Below, piece by piece: positions 32,473 through 43,819 of a stretch of 64,000 bases of DNA. The position numbers were made by a program, and so were the translations under genes. The DNA is from Rhodothermales bacterium (GTDB taxonomy: Bacteria > Bacteroidota > Rhodothermia > Rhodothermales > VXPQ01), in assembly GCA_040904565.1 (NCBI GenBank), contig JBBDTI010000031.1, forward strand, positions 83,831 to 147,830, given 5' to 3'. A model generated the notes under the pieces. That model saw only the letters and a program-made list of their open reading frames with translations. It was not told where the DNA came from and did no database searches. Positions within the stretch are counted from its first letter, which is position 1. Each line of letters opens with the position of its first letter.

Positions 32473-33929
32473 CTAGACGATGGCTCTTTACCGCGTGCCG
32501 GTTCGTGGTCCTTGCCGGCCTCATCGCGACCGCTACGCCTGCGTCCGTCTACGCACAGGACGCGATTCCGACCATTGAAGATGCCGAGCTCGTATTCGGA
32601 CAGGGCGTGGACGCCTTCGAGTCCGGCGACTATGAGACGGCGCACCGCCGTTTTCGGGTGGTCTTCGAAACGTACGAGTTGAACCGGAAGACGACCGCCG
32701 CCTTGCTGATGGCTGCGAAGGCACTCTACCGCGCGGATCGCTTCGAGGAAGCCGTGGATCTGTCGGAGCGGCTGATCGAGGAGTATCCGAGTAGCGGCTA
32801 CCTCGAGGAGGCCCGACGTGTGCGTCGACTCGCTAATGGGCAGCTCGATCGTGAGGCAGCGAGGCGGGAGCCCAGAGAGATCGGTGTGCTCCTTCCCCTG
32901 CGGGACGATGACGCTACGCTCTCGCAGGCTCTCTTTACGGGCGTGCGGATCGCCGTCGACGAACACAACAGATTAAATGAGGAGCATCCCGTCCGGCTGG
33001 TATTCCGGGATACGTACGCGAATCCGTCGAGGGCCCCGTCGCTGGTCCGCGAACTCGCCGCTGCGGACGTCGACGTTCTCATCGGGCCCCTCTACAGTTC
33101 GGAAGCGATGGCCGCCGCGGAGGCTGCCGAGCTGGCACGTGTCGTATTGGTCGCGCCGCTGGCGAACAACGAAGCCGTATCCGAGGGCCGCGAATACGTG
33201 TTTCAGGCCAACCCGACATTCACGATGCGTGGTCGCCTGATGGCACGATTCGCGATGCGCGGGCTGCTGCTGGACAATTTTGGGATCATCGCCGAGCGGG
33301 ACCCCGAACAGATCAGCGAGCGGATGGCCGAAGGATTTCAGGATGAGCTGATGCTGAGCGGCAAGCAGACGCACTATTACCGGCTTCTGCAGTCTCAGAA
33401 CGATTGGGGGCAGCTGGCCGATACCGTTGGAGCAGATACACTTGGACGCGCGGAAGCCGTCTATTTGCCAATTGCCGGTGGCGAGTCGATCGCCCGTATC
33501 GATGCGGCCCTTTCCAGTTTCGATCGTATGGGGATGAGCAATCAGATTCGCGTTCTCGGCAACACCGAATGGCACGATGCACCGAATGCCTCGCGCGCGT
33601 CCCGCTACGCAACCACGTATTCGAACGATTTCTACGTGGAGGGAGAGGACGCGTCCGTTCGAGCCTTCAGTCGTCGGTTCGAAGAGATCGTTGGGGAAGC
33701 ACCGGATCCTGAAAACACCATCGGTCGACTGGCCTATACGGGATACGACCTTACTCGTTACCTTCTGCCGCTTATTACGTCGGGTTCAGCGTCCAATCTT
33801 TCCGATCGCATCCACGCGGCTTCGACGTACCAGGGGCTCGGGATCCGGCTGGATTTTTCGCGGGGTAACGTGAACGAGGCTCTGTACTATTTTCGCTACC
33901 AGGACGGGAGACTTCGGATGCTTCGATGA
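32463..33929 (+). CDS. Exported TPR + periplasmic-binding (LppC/LpoA-like, type I PBP fold) protein
   Basis: Signal peptide ending VYAQ, YfiO-like TPR ([10 protein letters not shown]), IGVLLPL...IGPLYS and AYTGYD. Confidence 0.75.
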   Translation: MGITRRWLFTACRFVVLAGLIATATPASVYAQDAIPTIEDAELVFGQGVDAFESGDYETAHRRFRVVFETYELNRKTTAALLMAAKALYRADRFEEAVDLSERLIEEYPSSGYLEEARRVRRLANGQLDREAARREPREIGVLLPLRDDDATLSQALFTGVRIAVDEHNRLNEEHPVRLVFRDTYANPSRAPSLVRELAAADVDVLIGPLYSSEAMAAAEAAELARVVLVAPLANNEAVSEGREYVFQANPTFTMRGRLMARFAMRGLLLDNFGIIAERDPEQISERMAEGFQDELMLSGKQTHYYRLLQSQNDWGQLADTVGADTLGRAEAVYLPIAGGESIARIDAALSSFDRMGMSNQIRVLGNTEWHDAPNASRASRYATTYSNDFYVEGEDASVRAFSRRFEEIVGEAPDPENTIGRLAYTGYDLTRYLLPLITSGSASNLSDRIHAASTYQGLGIRLDFSRGNVNEALYYFRYQDGRLRMLR

Positions 33930-34130
33930 AACCCTATCCGCCCTCCCAGAACGGAACTGCCGTTAGGAGGTAACGTACCAACTCAGCCGTTCTTCCGGGG
34001 ACATACCGGTCGTCGCGCCGCGTGTGCGTCCAGATCAGTTCCAGCGCGTTTGGCAGCCTTGTAGATCGATATCGTGGCGCACTATTTCCGACTTCAGGAA
34101 TTGAAGGTACCGGCTACCATTTTGAGATAT

Positions 34131-34940
34131 ATGCGTGTTCGACACTCCATTTCCGTATTCCTGCTGCTCGCAGCGGTCCTGCTGGCTTCCTGTGCCGGTG
34201 CCGGGCGTATTCGCTACGATTCGCCGGAAGAGGCCTACAATCGGGGAATGGAGCATTTCGAGGAGGGACGGTACGAACGTGCCGCGCAATATTTTCAGGG
34301 CGTGTTCGACTACGGACGCACCACGGACGTCGCCGCTGACGCGCAATTGAATCTCGGCCGCGCGTACTTCGAAAACGGGGACTATCTGCTTGCAGCCAAC
34401 GAATACACGAGGTTTATAAGCACGTATCGTAACGATCCGCGTGCGGAGGAGGCGGACTACGAGCGAGCCCTGGCCTATTACGAATTGTCGCCCCAGTATC
34501 AGCTTGACCAGACCAACACGCGTCAGGCGATTACCTACCTGCAGCTCTTTCTGGATCGATATCCAAACTCTGATCTCAAGGACGAGGCAGAGGCACGGAT
34601 TGCCGAACTTCGAGAAAAGCTGGCTCACAAGGCCTATGCTGCCGGCGGTTTGTACGAGCGCCGGGAGATGTACGAAGCCGCTGCGCTTCAGTACGTACGA
34701 GTCTTCGACGATTACCCGGATACGGCGTGGGCAGACGATGCGCTGCTCGGCGCCATTCGCAGCTACATCGGATTCGCACGAAGAAGTGTGGAAGCGAGAC
34801 AACCCGAGCGACTTCGAAGAGCCGTCGAGAATTACGAGCGGCTGGTACAGCTCTTTCCAGATAGCCCGCTCATCGAAGAGGCTGAAGGCTATTATCAGGA
34901 TGCCGTAGGCCAGCTCGAGCAGCTCATCAGCGGCACCTGA
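34131..34940 (+). CDS. bamD: Outer membrane protein assembly factor BamD
   Basis: Lipobox LASC, TPRs, [10 protein letters not shown]...[21 protein letters not shown]. Confidence 0.9.
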   Translation: MRVRHSISVFLLLAAVLLASCAGAGRIRYDSPEEAYNRGMEHFEEGRYERAAQYFQGVFDYGRTTDVAADAQLNLGRAYFENGDYLLAANEYTRFISTYRNDPRAEEADYERALAYYELSPQYQLDQTNTRQAITYLQLFLDRYPNSDLKDEAEARIAELREKLAHKAYAAGGLYERREMYEAAALQYVRVFDDYPDTAWADDALLGAIRSYIGFARRSVEARQPERLRRAVENYERLVQLFPDSPLIEEAEGYYQDAVGQLEQLISGT

Positions 34941-34979
34941 TTTGTCTCGTTACAACGATCGTCTCACGTTGAGGTACGC

Positions 34980-35582
34980 GTGACATCATCCGCTACGGAC
35001 AGACAGCGTGTAGGCATTTTCGGGGGCTCGTTCAACCCGCCGCACGTCGCCCATTTGATCGTCGCGGAAATCGTCCGCGAGCAGTTCACCCTCGATCACA
35101 TCTTGTGGATACCGAACTATCGGTCACCGCTGAAGGATGAGGCCGGTCTGGTCGATGCAACCGACCGCCTTGCCATGACGCGGATCGCGACCGAGGCGAA
35201 TGATGCTTTTTCGGTATCGAATATCGAAGTGAAGCGTGCCGGCGCCTCCTATACGATCGACACGGTACGTGCTCTCCAGGACCAGCGGCCGGAGACCATC
35301 TTTCATCTCATGATCGGCAGCGACAGTCTGGCCGATATCGATCGGTGGCACGAACCGCGCAGGCTGCTCGAGCGCGTCCCATTTATCGTTTATCCGCGGC
35401 CTGGGGACGAGGACGTTGAGGCTCCGAACGATATGCGCGAGCGCATTTCATTCGCGGATGCGCCGCTCCTCGACCTCTCGAGCACGGGCATCCGCGAGCG
35501 GATACGAACCGGCCGTTCGATTCGCTACATGGTTCCGGAAGGTGTGCGCGACTACGTCGACACCCACCGATTATATCGGTAG
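34980..35582 (+). CDS. nadD: Nicotinate-nucleotide adenylyltransferase
   Basis: GIFGGSFNPPHVAH, SYTIDT, IGSDS, SSTGIRER, IRYMVP. Confidence 0.95.
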   Translation: MTSSATDRQRVGIFGGSFNPPHVAHLIVAEIVREQFTLDHILWIPNYRSPLKDEAGLVDATDRLAMTRIATEANDAFSVSNIEVKRAGASYTIDTVRALQDQRPETIFHLMIGSDSLADIDRWHEPRRLLERVPFIVYPRPGDEDVEAPNDMRERISFADAPLLDLSSTGIRERIRTGRSIRYMVPEGVRDYVDTHRLYR

Positions 35583-35756
35583 CGAGAGCAAGAACCGTAC
35601 GGTGTGGTATCTGAAGCGGCTGCCAGGTACCCGGGCATCGAGGACCTGCGGCCTCACGGGGGGCGTCCGGTGCATCGACCCCCGAGGTGGAAACACGTCC
35701 GCTTCGATCCGGTGTACCATGTGAGGCGAGACACTTTGAATAAATAGCGTGACGAG

Positions 35757-36344
35757 ATGGCTGCGACGCAATCGGTAATGATCGAACTGGGAATGCAGGC
35801 TCCGTCGTTCGAACTGCCTGCAGCGAACCCGGCGGTGGACGAAAAAGGTGAGACGAAGCGGAGGCTGGCGGACTACGACGATGCGGAAGCGCTCGTCGTC
35901 GTGTTTACGTGTAATCACTGTCCGTACGCCAAGCACGTGGAGGACCGACTGATCGAGGTCGCCGAGGCGTATACGTCACGCGGGGTACAGGTCCTGGCCA
36001 TCAGTTCGAATGACGCGGATAAGTATCCGGATGACTCCTTCGATGCCATGAAGCAGCGGGCGAGGGAGAAGGACTATCCCTTCCCGTACCTGTATGATGA
36101 ATCGCAGGAGGTAGCCCGTGCGTACAGCGCCGCGTGCACGCCTGATTTTTACGTTTTCGACGGCGACAGGAAACTCGTCTACCGGGGCCGGTTCGATGAG
36201 ACGCGGCCCGGTCAGGGCAGGCCTACGGGCGAAGATTTGCGCGGGGCGCTCGACGAGCTGCTGGAGTCGGGACAGGTCTCCCGTGCGCAATATCCGTCCA
36301 TCGGATGCAACATCAAGTGGAAACCAGGCAACGCGCCTTCGTAA
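35757..36344 (+). CDS. Thioredoxin-fold (AhpC/TSA, PRX-like1) protein
   Basis: FTCNHCPY, ISSND, FPYLYDESQEVA, ACTPDF, YRGRFD, IGCNIKW. Confidence 0.92.
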   Translation: MAATQSVMIELGMQAPSFELPAANPAVDEKGETKRRLADYDDAEALVVVFTCNHCPYAKHVEDRLIEVAEAYTSRGVQVLAISSNDADKYPDDSFDAMKQRAREKDYPFPYLYDESQEVARAYSAACTPDFYVFDGDRKLVYRGRFDETRPGQGRPTGEDLRGALDELLESGQVSRAQYPSIGCNIKWKPGNAPS

Positions 36345-36386
36345 TAGGATCCCCCGCGTTCTCACTCATCCCGGACGCATAGCACA

Positions 36387-37808
36387 TTGGACTGGATCGT
36401 ACTCCTTCCGCCGGTCGCGGCGATCGGGTTGGCGATGTGGACGCGGCAGGTCTATCTGTCGCTTCTCTTCGGCATCCTGATCGGAACGGTCCTGCTTGCA
36501 GACGGTGACCTGCTGCTCGGACTCCAGGGGCTCTTCGAACAACTCGTCGCCGTATTCTCCGATTCGGGCAATACACGCGTTATTATTTTTTGTCTGCTTG
36601 TTGGCGGACTGATCGCGCTGGTGCAGGTGTCCGGTGGAGTTCGAGGCTTTATCCATTGGGCGCAGCGGAAGGGCTGGGGTAGATCGCGCCGCGGCGCAGA
36701 GCTGCTGGCGTGGGGTGTCGGACTCGTCATTTTCGTCGAGTCGAGCATCACCTCATTGACCGTCGGTGCGGTCAGCCGGCCCCTGTTCGACACGCTGAAT
36801 CTGCCGCGCGAGAAGCTGGCTTATTATTGCGATGCCACCAGCGCACCCGTGTGCATGATGATCCCGCTCAACGCGTGGGGCGCCTACGTGCTCGGGCTGC
36901 TCGCGTCGCAGGGCATCACGGACGGGGCGGTATCCCTGCTGGTCCGCGCGCTGGCTTTCAATTTCTTTTCGATCGGAGCGATAGGGTTTGCGCTGGCGCT
37001 CGCCGTGACGGGATGGAGCTACGGCCCGATGAGGAGCGCCGAGCGTCGAGCCCGGGATCGAGGCGAGCTGATCCGGCCCGGTTCGCATCCGCTGATTGCC
37101 GAGGAGATCGCTGACGTGAAGCCGGTGGCCGACGCGCCGAATCACGTGAGAGATCTGGCCATCCCGATCGTCGTGATGGTGGGAATGATCTTCGTCGGCC
37201 TCTTCGTAACAGGAAGGGGCAACGTCATGGACGGCAGCGGCTCCACGGCCGTATTGTGGGCCGTGTCGGCGGCCGTTGCTGCTGCCACCGTCCAGTATGC
37301 GATACCCAGGGGAGGACGACCGATACTCACGATCGGTGAGTCGATGGACTGGATACTGAAGGGATCGTCCGGTCTCGTAGGTGTGACGATCCTGGTCGTC
37401 CTGGCCTTCGCGCTTGGTCAGGTAGCTCGCGCCCTCGAGGTGGGTCCCTTCGTCGTCAGTCTTCTCGGGAGCGGAGGGTCGACGTGGTGGCTGCCGTCAG
37501 CCGTTTTCCTGATCGGCAGCTTCGTCTCGTTCACGCTCGGTTCGTCGTGGACCACGTTCGCCATCGTGCTGCCCGTGGCGATGCCGCTGGCTGAGGGTAT
37601 GGGTATCTCGGGGCCGCTGATGCTGGGTGCCGTTCTGTCGGGAGGCATCTTCGGGGATCATACGTCTCCGCTGTCCGACACGTCCATCATCTCCTCGATG
37701 TCGGCAGCGTGCGACCACGTCGATCACGTGAACTCGCAGATGCCGTACGCTCTCACGGTTGCCGGCCTCTCCTGCGCTGCCTTTGCGATCGCAGGGTTGG
37801 TGACCTGA
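36387..37808 (+). CDS. Na+/H+ antiporter NhaC-family protein
   Basis: LPPVAAIGLA, REKLAYYCDATSAP, GSSWTTFAI, GGIFGDHTSPLSDTSIISS, HVNSQMPYA. Confidence 0.9.
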   Translation: MDWIVLLPPVAAIGLAMWTRQVYLSLLFGILIGTVLLADGDLLLGLQGLFEQLVAVFSDSGNTRVIIFCLLVGGLIALVQVSGGVRGFIHWAQRKGWGRSRRGAELLAWGVGLVIFVESSITSLTVGAVSRPLFDTLNLPREKLAYYCDATSAPVCMMIPLNAWGAYVLGLLASQGITDGAVSLLVRALAFNFFSIGAIGFALALAVTGWSYGPMRSAERRARDRGELIRPGSHPLIAEEIADVKPVADAPNHVRDLAIPIVVMVGMIFVGLFVTGRGNVMDGSGSTAVLWAVSAAVAAATVQYAIPRGGRPILTIGESMDWILKGSSGLVGVTILVVLAFALGQVARALEVGPFVVSLLGSGGSTWWLPSAVFLIGSFVSFTLGSSWTTFAIVLPVAMPLAEGMGISGPLMLGAVLSGGIFGDHTSPLSDTSIISSMSAACDHVDHVNSQMPYALTVAGLSCAAFAIAGLVT

Positions 37809-37883
37809 CACGCACGCCGCGGCTTGTATCGTTGGCCGGCCATTCGTAGCATACCACTGCATTCCATCACACGCAGCCCGTCT

Positions 37884-38099
37884 ATGTTTACCAGCCGTGC
37901 GTTTGCATCCTGGCCCCTTATCATTCTGGGGGCACTCGTCTTCGCGACACTGTTCGGTACGGCGACGTTTATGGGGGACGCCCTGCTCGTCGAAAGTCTG
38001 GTTCGTCCGGGGCGAGCCGTCGTCGGCCTCGGACTGGCTGCCTTCGCAGGCTATATCGGTGTAGCCCTCCTTATCCGATTCGAGACGCGGGATATTTGA
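37884..38099 (+). CDS. Small two-TM hypothetical membrane protein
   Basis: 71-aa ORF with two hydrophobic helices filling the gap between two same-strand genes. Confidence 0.55.
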   Translation: MFTSRAFASWPLIILGALVFATLFGTATFMGDALLVESLVRPGRAVVGLGLAAFAGYIGVALLIRFETRDI

Positions 38100-38171
38100 T
38101 GGGCCAGGACGCGGCGGTGGGGCCGCGCCGCAGACTCATTCATGCGTCATATTCGAAGTAGAAGCGTCGCC

Positions 38172-38459
38172 ATGCCTCGAGGTACCGAGAAGTTGGACGT
38201 CCGTATCATCGGCCGGGTTCAGGGTGTCGGATTTCGTCATTTTACGACGCAGCAGGCGCGGCGACTTGGCGTAGATGGTTGGGTTCGAAACGAACCCGAC
38301 GGGTCCGTGCGCGTGGTGGCGGAAGGATCGAAGGACGCGCTCGACGAGCTGCTCGATCGACTGCAGGAAGGACCTGCTACCGCACGCGTGGATGAAGTGG
38401 GTATTGAGAGGTCGGCCGGGTCGGGCGGATTCAGCGGTTTCATGGTGCGGTATCACTGA
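38172..38459 (+). CDS. acyP: Acylphosphatase
   Basis: IIGRVQGVGFR, GWVRNEPDGSV, GPATARV. Confidence 0.93.
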   Translation: MPRGTEKLDVRIIGRVQGVGFRHFTTQQARRLGVDGWVRNEPDGSVRVVAEGSKDALDELLDRLQEGPATARVDEVGIERSAGSGGFSGFMVRYH

Positions 38460-38503
38460 CGCACGGACCGGCACCGTGTGCACGAACCACGCCGGGCGGA
38501 GCG

Positions 38504-40570
38504 TTATCTTTCCCCGGCCAGCGGCACGGCATCCTCAGCCGGCGCGTACATTCGTTCCACGTAATCGCCCACCATGCGCCGGGCGCTGAACTGAGGGACG
38601 AGCTCTTTCATCGCCGCCCTCATACGCCGTATCCACAGCGTCGGAATGCCACGCTCGTCCCTATCGTAGAAGGCCGGAACGACGGCCTCCTCGAGACGCC
38701 GGTACAGACTTTCCGCATCGAGACGGTCCTGTTCGAGCGTATCCAATGCCGTGTCGACGTGTTCTTTACCGATGGCCCATCCATTCAAGCCATTATATCC
38801 TTCAGGCCACCACCCGTCGAGAACCGACAGGTTGAGTCCGCCGTGTACGGCAACTTTCTGGCCGCTCGTGCCGCTTGCCTCCATGGGGCGGCGCGGATTG
38901 TTGAGCCATACGTCGCATCCCGAAATGAGCATGCGCCCGATCTCGATATTATAGTTTTCGAGAAAGACGACGCGCCCTCTCAGTCCGGGGTGGTGAGCCG
39001 CCTCGACGATCTGTTGGATGTAGCGCTTGCCGCCGTCGTCAGCGGGATGAGCCTTGCCCGCGTAGAGGATCTGCACCGGCCGATCTTCTCTGCTGAAGAT
39101 GGAAGCGACGCGTTCTACGTCCGAGAACAGCAGGGGAGCACGTTTGTATGTCGCGAAGCGGCGGGCAAAGCCGATCGTAAGGGCATCCGGGTTCAGATCG
39201 CACACCATCGGGAGGGACTGTCCGGCAACGTGATCGGACGCGAAGCGCAGCAGCTGAGCGCGCAGCTCGTTACGATACTGCCACAGCACCTCATCGGGGA
39301 CGTCGTCGATCCGCGCCCAGAACTGCGGGTCGTCTACGGAGCTCTTCCAGTCGCCTAGCCGTTCGTTGAGGAATGCACGCGCGATGGGCACGGTCCAGGT
39401 AGGTACGTGAACGCCGTTCGTGATCGAACCGATCGGGACGTCTTGGACCGGCCGGTCAGTGAACATGGATTGCCACTGTTCGCGGGCAACCTCCCCGTTA
39501 AGTCGCGACACACCGTTGGCCGTTCGCGACAGTCTGAGGCCCAGAACCGTCATCGTGAACGACTCGTCGTGATGCTCGGAGTAAACGCGTCCGTAGGCCA
39601 GTAGATCGTGCTCGTCGTACCCGAGATCTCGGCGCATCGTGCTCATCTGATCGAGCAGGAGATCCGGAACGAATCGGTCGTGGCCCGCAAGGACGGGGGT
39701 ATGTGTGGTGAACACGCAGTGCTCCCGCACCCAGCTCTCCGCCTCATCACGGGAATCCCCCGCGGCCAGGCGCTCGCGCAGCAGCTCGAAGGTCAGGAAG
39801 GCACAATGCCCTTCGTTTATATGGTAAACGTCCGTCGGAATCTCGAGCGCTCGGAGCAGGCGAATGCCGCCGATACCGAGAATGATCTCCTGATGCAGTC
39901 GGGTTCGGCGGTCGCCCTGATAGAGTCGCTTGGTGAGATCACGCAGGTGGTCCGGGTTCCCGTCGACATCCGAATCCAGCAGGAAGAGCGTTGTTCGCCC
40001 CAGGCGGAGCCGCCACGCCTGGAGGAGGGCCGGCTGATCGCCCATGTGAACGGTCACGTGAAGCGTTTGACCGTCCGCGTCGGTCACCAGCTCGAAGGGA
40101 TGATTCTCGGAATTGAGGACGGGGTGCTTGTCGAGCTGCCAGCCGTCGGGCGTAAAATGCTGCTGAAAATACCCCTCCTTGAGGTAGAGTCCGATGGCCG
40201 TGAACGGAAGCCCGAGGTCGGAGGCCGCCTTGGCGTGATCGCCGGCAAGGATGCCCAGACCGCCCGAATAGGTGGGTAGACTCTCGTGCAGGCCGTACTC
40301 CATGCAGAAATAGCTGGTACGGGGCGCATCGGAGAACCGGCTCGGCGTGATCAGATACGTGTTGAGCGTCTCATAGGCCGTATCGATATCTTGCGCCAGG
40401 GACGAACCGTCTACCTGCTCGGGTGTAACGGCCTTGAGGACGGCAAAGGGATTGTGCCTGGACGTTTCGAAGGTGTCGGGATCCAGACGTGCGAACACGT
40501 CGAGCACTTCCGGATTCCACGTCCACCACAGATTCTCAGCGAGGGCCTCTAACTTGTCGTACGTAGTCAT
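38504..40570 (-). CDS. glgP: Alpha-glucan (glycogen/starch) phosphorylase
   Basis: NLWWTWN, YSGGLGILAGD, NEGH, FTTHTP, GFARRFATYKRA and PLP motif EASGTSGQK. Confidence 0.95.
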   Translation of the reverse strand: MTTYDKLEALAENLWWTWNPEVLDVFARLDPDTFETSRHNPFAVLKAVTPEQVDGSSLAQDIDTAYETLNTYLITPSRFSDAPRTSYFCMEYGLHESLPTYSGGLGILAGDHAKAASDLGLPFTAIGLYLKEGYFQQHFTPDGWQLDKHPVLNSENHPFELVTDADGQTLHVTVHMGDQPALLQAWRLRLGRTTLFLLDSDVDGNPDHLRDLTKRLYQGDRRTRLHQEIILGIGGIRLLRALEIPTDVYHINEGHCAFLTFELLRERLAAGDSRDEAESWVREHCVFTTHTPVLAGHDRFVPDLLLDQMSTMRRDLGYDEHDLLAYGRVYSEHHDESFTMTVLGLRLSRTANGVSRLNGEVAREQWQSMFTDRPVQDVPIGSITNGVHVPTWTVPIARAFLNERLGDWKSSVDDPQFWARIDDVPDEVLWQYRNELRAQLLRFASDHVAGQSLPMVCDLNPDALTIGFARRFATYKRAPLLFSDVERVASIFSREDRPVQILYAGKAHPADDGGKRYIQQIVEAAHHPGLRGRVVFLENYNIEIGRMLISGCDVWLNNPRRPMEASGTSGQKVAVHGGLNLSVLDGWWPEGYNGLNGWAIGKEHVDTALDTLEQDRLDAESLYRRLEEAVVPAFYDRDERGIPTLWIRRMRAAMKELVPQFSARRMVGDYVERMYAPAEDAVPLAGER

Positions 40571-40848
40571 CCGTAATCTCTTCGTCACAAAAGGTTTGGT
40601 GCTGCCATCTATACAGCAAAACCTCGCGTACGTTCGTGGAAACGAAGCGAGGTCTGGATGCAATCGGCTGTAACCACTCAATATAAAGCGCTATTCCGAC
40701 AAATGACCAGTGCCGTGTCATTGGATCGGCGGGAAGGAGTGAATGACAGGGGTGGAAATCCGATGTTTGCTGCTCTGTCGTTCCGGCGAGCGGAAGATTT
40801 GGCGAAAATAGTGATAGCCACGCTGAAACCGGTTTCGAGGGGGGACGC

Positions 40849-41706
40849 ATGAGTGCGCGTACGCGTCGCGAACTGCTTGATGATGGTGTGCGGCGGCTCG
40901 CGGCGGCGGGCGTCGAAAGTCCCCGTCGGAATGCAGAATGGATACTGTGCGACGTGCTATCCGTCTCACGCGCGAGTCTGTATGCCGATATATCGAGTCC
41001 CGTCGGAGGGGAACAGGCGCAACGGTTCGAACGCATGCTTCGGCGTCGTATGGCGCGCGAGCCGCTGCAATACGTGCTGGGTCATACGGACTTCGTCGGG
41101 TTGCGGCTTCGGGTTACGCCGGACGTATTGATCCCGCGGCCGGAGACGGAAGAACTCGTCGAGGTGGCGCTGCAACTCCTGCACGATGCAACGAGTCCGT
41201 GCGTACTGGATGTGGGTACGGGGAGTGGGTGCATCGCCCTGGCCATAAAGAGCGTCCGACCAGACGCCGCCGTGTACGGGTGCGACGTGTCGGAAGAGGC
41301 CCTGGAGGTGGCGCGAGGAAATGCGGCAGCACTCGAAATCGAGGTCGAATTCATGAAGGTCGACGTACTGCGTGATTCGATTCCCGCGTGCGTGCCTCGG
41401 TCGATCGACCTCCTCATATCAAATCCGCCCTATGTTACGGAGGAGGAAGAGGCCGAGCTGTCGGAAGAGGTCCGCCGGTTCGAGCCGCACGTTGCGCTCT
41501 TTGCCGGGAACGAGCCGCTGGTGTTCTATCGGCGCATTGCCGCCCACGGCCGGCACCTGGTGCGGGATGGAGGTTGGGTCGTTCTCGAAACGCACGCGGA
41601 CTACGGGCGCGAGGTGTCGAACCTCTTCGAGAAGGCCGGATACCGTGACGTCGAATGTCAGCAAGACCTGGCAGGCCGCGATCGGATCGTACGGGCGCGG
41701 CGCTAG
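40849..41706 (+). CDS. prmC: Release factor glutamine methyltransferase
   Basis: EPLQYVLG, VLIPRPETEEL, DVGTGSGCIA, SNPPY, EPHVAL, DLAGRDR. Confidence 0.96.
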   Translation: MSARTRRELLDDGVRRLAAAGVESPRRNAEWILCDVLSVSRASLYADISSPVGGEQAQRFERMLRRRMAREPLQYVLGHTDFVGLRLRVTPDVLIPRPETEELVEVALQLLHDATSPCVLDVGTGSGCIALAIKSVRPDAAVYGCDVSEEALEVARGNAAALEIEVEFMKVDVLRDSIPACVPRSIDLLISNPPYVTEEEEAELSEEVRRFEPHVALFAGNEPLVFYRRIAAHGRHLVRDGGWVVLETHADYGREVSNLFEKAGYRDVECQQDLAGRDRIVRARR

Positions 41707-41727
41707 GATCGACGTGCCGCCGCTACG

Positions 41728-42228
41728 TCACTCGTCCCGGGTGCGATACTCGTCGAAAGAGACCTGCTGGAAGGCGTTCGAACCGACGTACGACAGGACG
41801 GAAAGGAACGACGAGGCTTCCGCAAATCCAGGCAGCCGGGTGATGTACTCCCCATCGGCGTCGAGGAACACCGTCGTCGGATATCCCTGAGCCCCGAGCC
41901 CTATAGCGAGTTCCGACGGCGTGAGGGTATACTCGCGAAAGCGAAGGCTGTCCGACTGATTCTCGCCGTCCAGACGCGTCAGCACGAAATGCTCCTTGAC
42001 GTAATCCTGCACGGATGCATCGACATAGACCTCGCGCTGAAGTCGCCGGCACCAGGGGCACCACGGAGCATAGACATCGACGATGAGCTTCTTGTCGAGC
42101 CGTTCCGCCTTCTCGACGGCCTCCTCAAAGGGGATCCAATCCAGTCCCTCGGCAGGCACGCTTGCATCTTGGGCGCTCACTCCCGTCGCTACGATGCACA
42201 GGACGAGGAGGGACAACAGGTGCTTCAT
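41728..42228 (-). CDS. Exported thioredoxin-fold protein (SoxW/Thioredoxin_2-like)
   Basis: Signal peptide ending VSAQ, YAPWCPWC active site, GYPTTVF cis-Pro loop. Confidence 0.88.
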   Translation of the reverse strand: MKHLLSLLVLCIVATGVSAQDASVPAEGLDWIPFEEAVEKAERLDKKLIVDVYAPWCPWCRRLQREVYVDASVQDYVKEHFVLTRLDGENQSDSLRFREYTLTPSELAIGLGAQGYPTTVFLDADGEYITRLPGFAEASSFLSVLSYVGSNAFQQVSFDEYRTRDE

Positions 42229-43418
42229 GGAGTAAGGCCGAGCAATGTTTTATATACGTGCAGGAATTGTTCAGATGCCTGCCTCCAGTTAAAAGTTTCG
42301 AGGGCACGCGGGATGTTGCGCCGCCACCTTTCGCGGAGCGTCTTGTCGATTACGGCCTGGTTCAGGGCGGCGACGAGATCCGTACGATTCCCTGGCTCCA
42401 CGACCTGTCCGACGTCATATGTCGAAACGACCTTCCGAATCTCGGAGAGATCGCTGGCGATGACGGGTACGTGAGCGGCGAGATATTCAAAGAGCTTGTT
42501 CGGCAGAGCGAGCCGGTGATTGAGACAGGTGTCTTGAAGGAGCGTCACGCCGATGTCGGCGGATGCCGTGTAGGCAAGAAGCTCGTCGGGAGGGACGGCA
42601 TCCACAAATACGACGCGGCTCGATATACGCGCCGCGGCTGCCTGGGCTTCTAGTCGTGGTCGAAGTGGACCGTCTCCGAGAAAGACGAGAATAGCGCCGT
42701 CGACGTCGCGCATGGCATCCACCAGCAGTTCGCAGCCTCGATCCGGGCGCATCTGTCCCTGATGTAAAATCAACACGCTGTTGAACGACAGATCGGACGT
42801 GCCCCGCAACGATCGCCGTTCCGGAATGGCCGTGATCTCGGGTACGTTGTAGAGCAGGGTAGGTCGAGGGATGTCGTACAGGTCGGCGAGTTTGTCCGCA
42901 ATCCCGTTACTGACCGTGAGGACCAGATCCGCTTTTCGAATGTGAGACCGTTCGACGAGCCACCAGAACACGCGAATCCATGGTCGACCCACCGTAGATG
43001 CGACGTAGGGATACAACTCCCTGGCATCGTATACGATGCGTGCCTGCTGCCGTCGCGCTACCCCGGTTAATGCCGGCAGGACGTATAGATCGGAGGCATG
43101 GTAGACGGCCGCGGGACGAAGAGATGCTTCACGCTTTACCGCTCGGTGAACGTTCCAGAAGTACGCGGGCCCCGTTCCGACGGGAGGGGCAATGGCATGA
43201 ACCGTGATGCGAGGTATTCCGAGGCGATCGGGACGCGCATCGCCGAATGAGAGCACGTCGACCGTCAGGCCCATATCACTGAATGCGCGCAATTGTCTCA
43301 GCGCGCGAGAATTACGACGAACGTCCCCCGTGAGAGCGAAGACTATGTCCGTTCGATCTGTTCGGTGCAACGGTGGGCGTGGAATTACTCCACGGAATAG
43401 TGCCGAATGACGAGGCAT
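42225..43418 (-). CDS. Glycosyltransferase family 4
   Basis: VYDARELY, LYNVP, GDGPL, ADIGV, LPNKLFEYLAAHVPVIASD. Start uncertain. Confidence 0.88.
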   Translation of the reverse strand: MPRHSALFRGVIPRPPLHRTDRTDIVFALTGDVRRNSRALRQLRAFSDMGLTVDVLSFGDARPDRLGIPRITVHAIAPPVGTGPAYFWNVHRAVKREASLRPAAVYHASDLYVLPALTGVARRQQARIVYDARELYPYVASTVGRPWIRVFWWLVERSHIRKADLVLTVSNGIADKLADLYDIPRPTLLYNVPEITAIPERRSLRGTSDLSFNSVLILHQGQMRPDRGCELLVDAMRDVDGAILVFLGDGPLRPRLEAQAAAARISSRVVFVDAVPPDELLAYTASADIGVTLLQDTCLNHRLALPNKLFEYLAAHVPVIASDLSEIRKVVSTYDVGQVVEPGNRTDLVAALNQAVIDKTLRERWRRNIPRALETFNWRQASEQFLHVYKTLLGLTP

Positions 43419-43788
43419 GGTACGACCGTTCCATGTGTATCCTGTCGTGCCTGGAAGGTTCGATTGGGATCGGAAAGTGACCTGAAAATGAGTGAGCCGC
43501 ACCCCGAATACATCGGAATGCGGCTCACCAGATCATCATCAAGGCTGCCGACGGGTAGGGTCGCCCAGTGGGGCTCTCGGTATTCTTGGTAGGTAGGAGT
43601 TATCAGGAGCTACCGAAAGCGCGGCCTTAATGAGATGCAACATCATGTCTCATTTGAAGGTGTCTGTGGAACGTGAAACAAACGTGCCAACGTCCATCTC
43701 CTCGAGGGCGACCGGGCCGACCCGCGCCGGAATCGGAAAAATTGTAACATTTGGGGTTGCCCACGTGAAAATTCTACCTGGTACAGGA

Positions 43789-43819
43789 ACGGCCGGACGG
43801 GCATGGCCCATCCGGCCGT
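43789..43819 (-). terminator. Putative stem-loop terminator downstream of the repeat-peptide gene
   Basis: Minus strand ACGGCCGGATGGGC-CAT-GCCCGTCCGGCCGT forms a 14-bp stem with one G-U pair. The following U-tract is weak. Confidence 0.4.

Noticed and set aside
42225-43418. GT4 as BshA or as a dedicated peptide-tailoring enzyme
   Set aside because: It lacks the BshA-like N-terminal motif and resembles generic surface-polysaccharide GT4s. It is separated from the peptide gene by a probable terminator.
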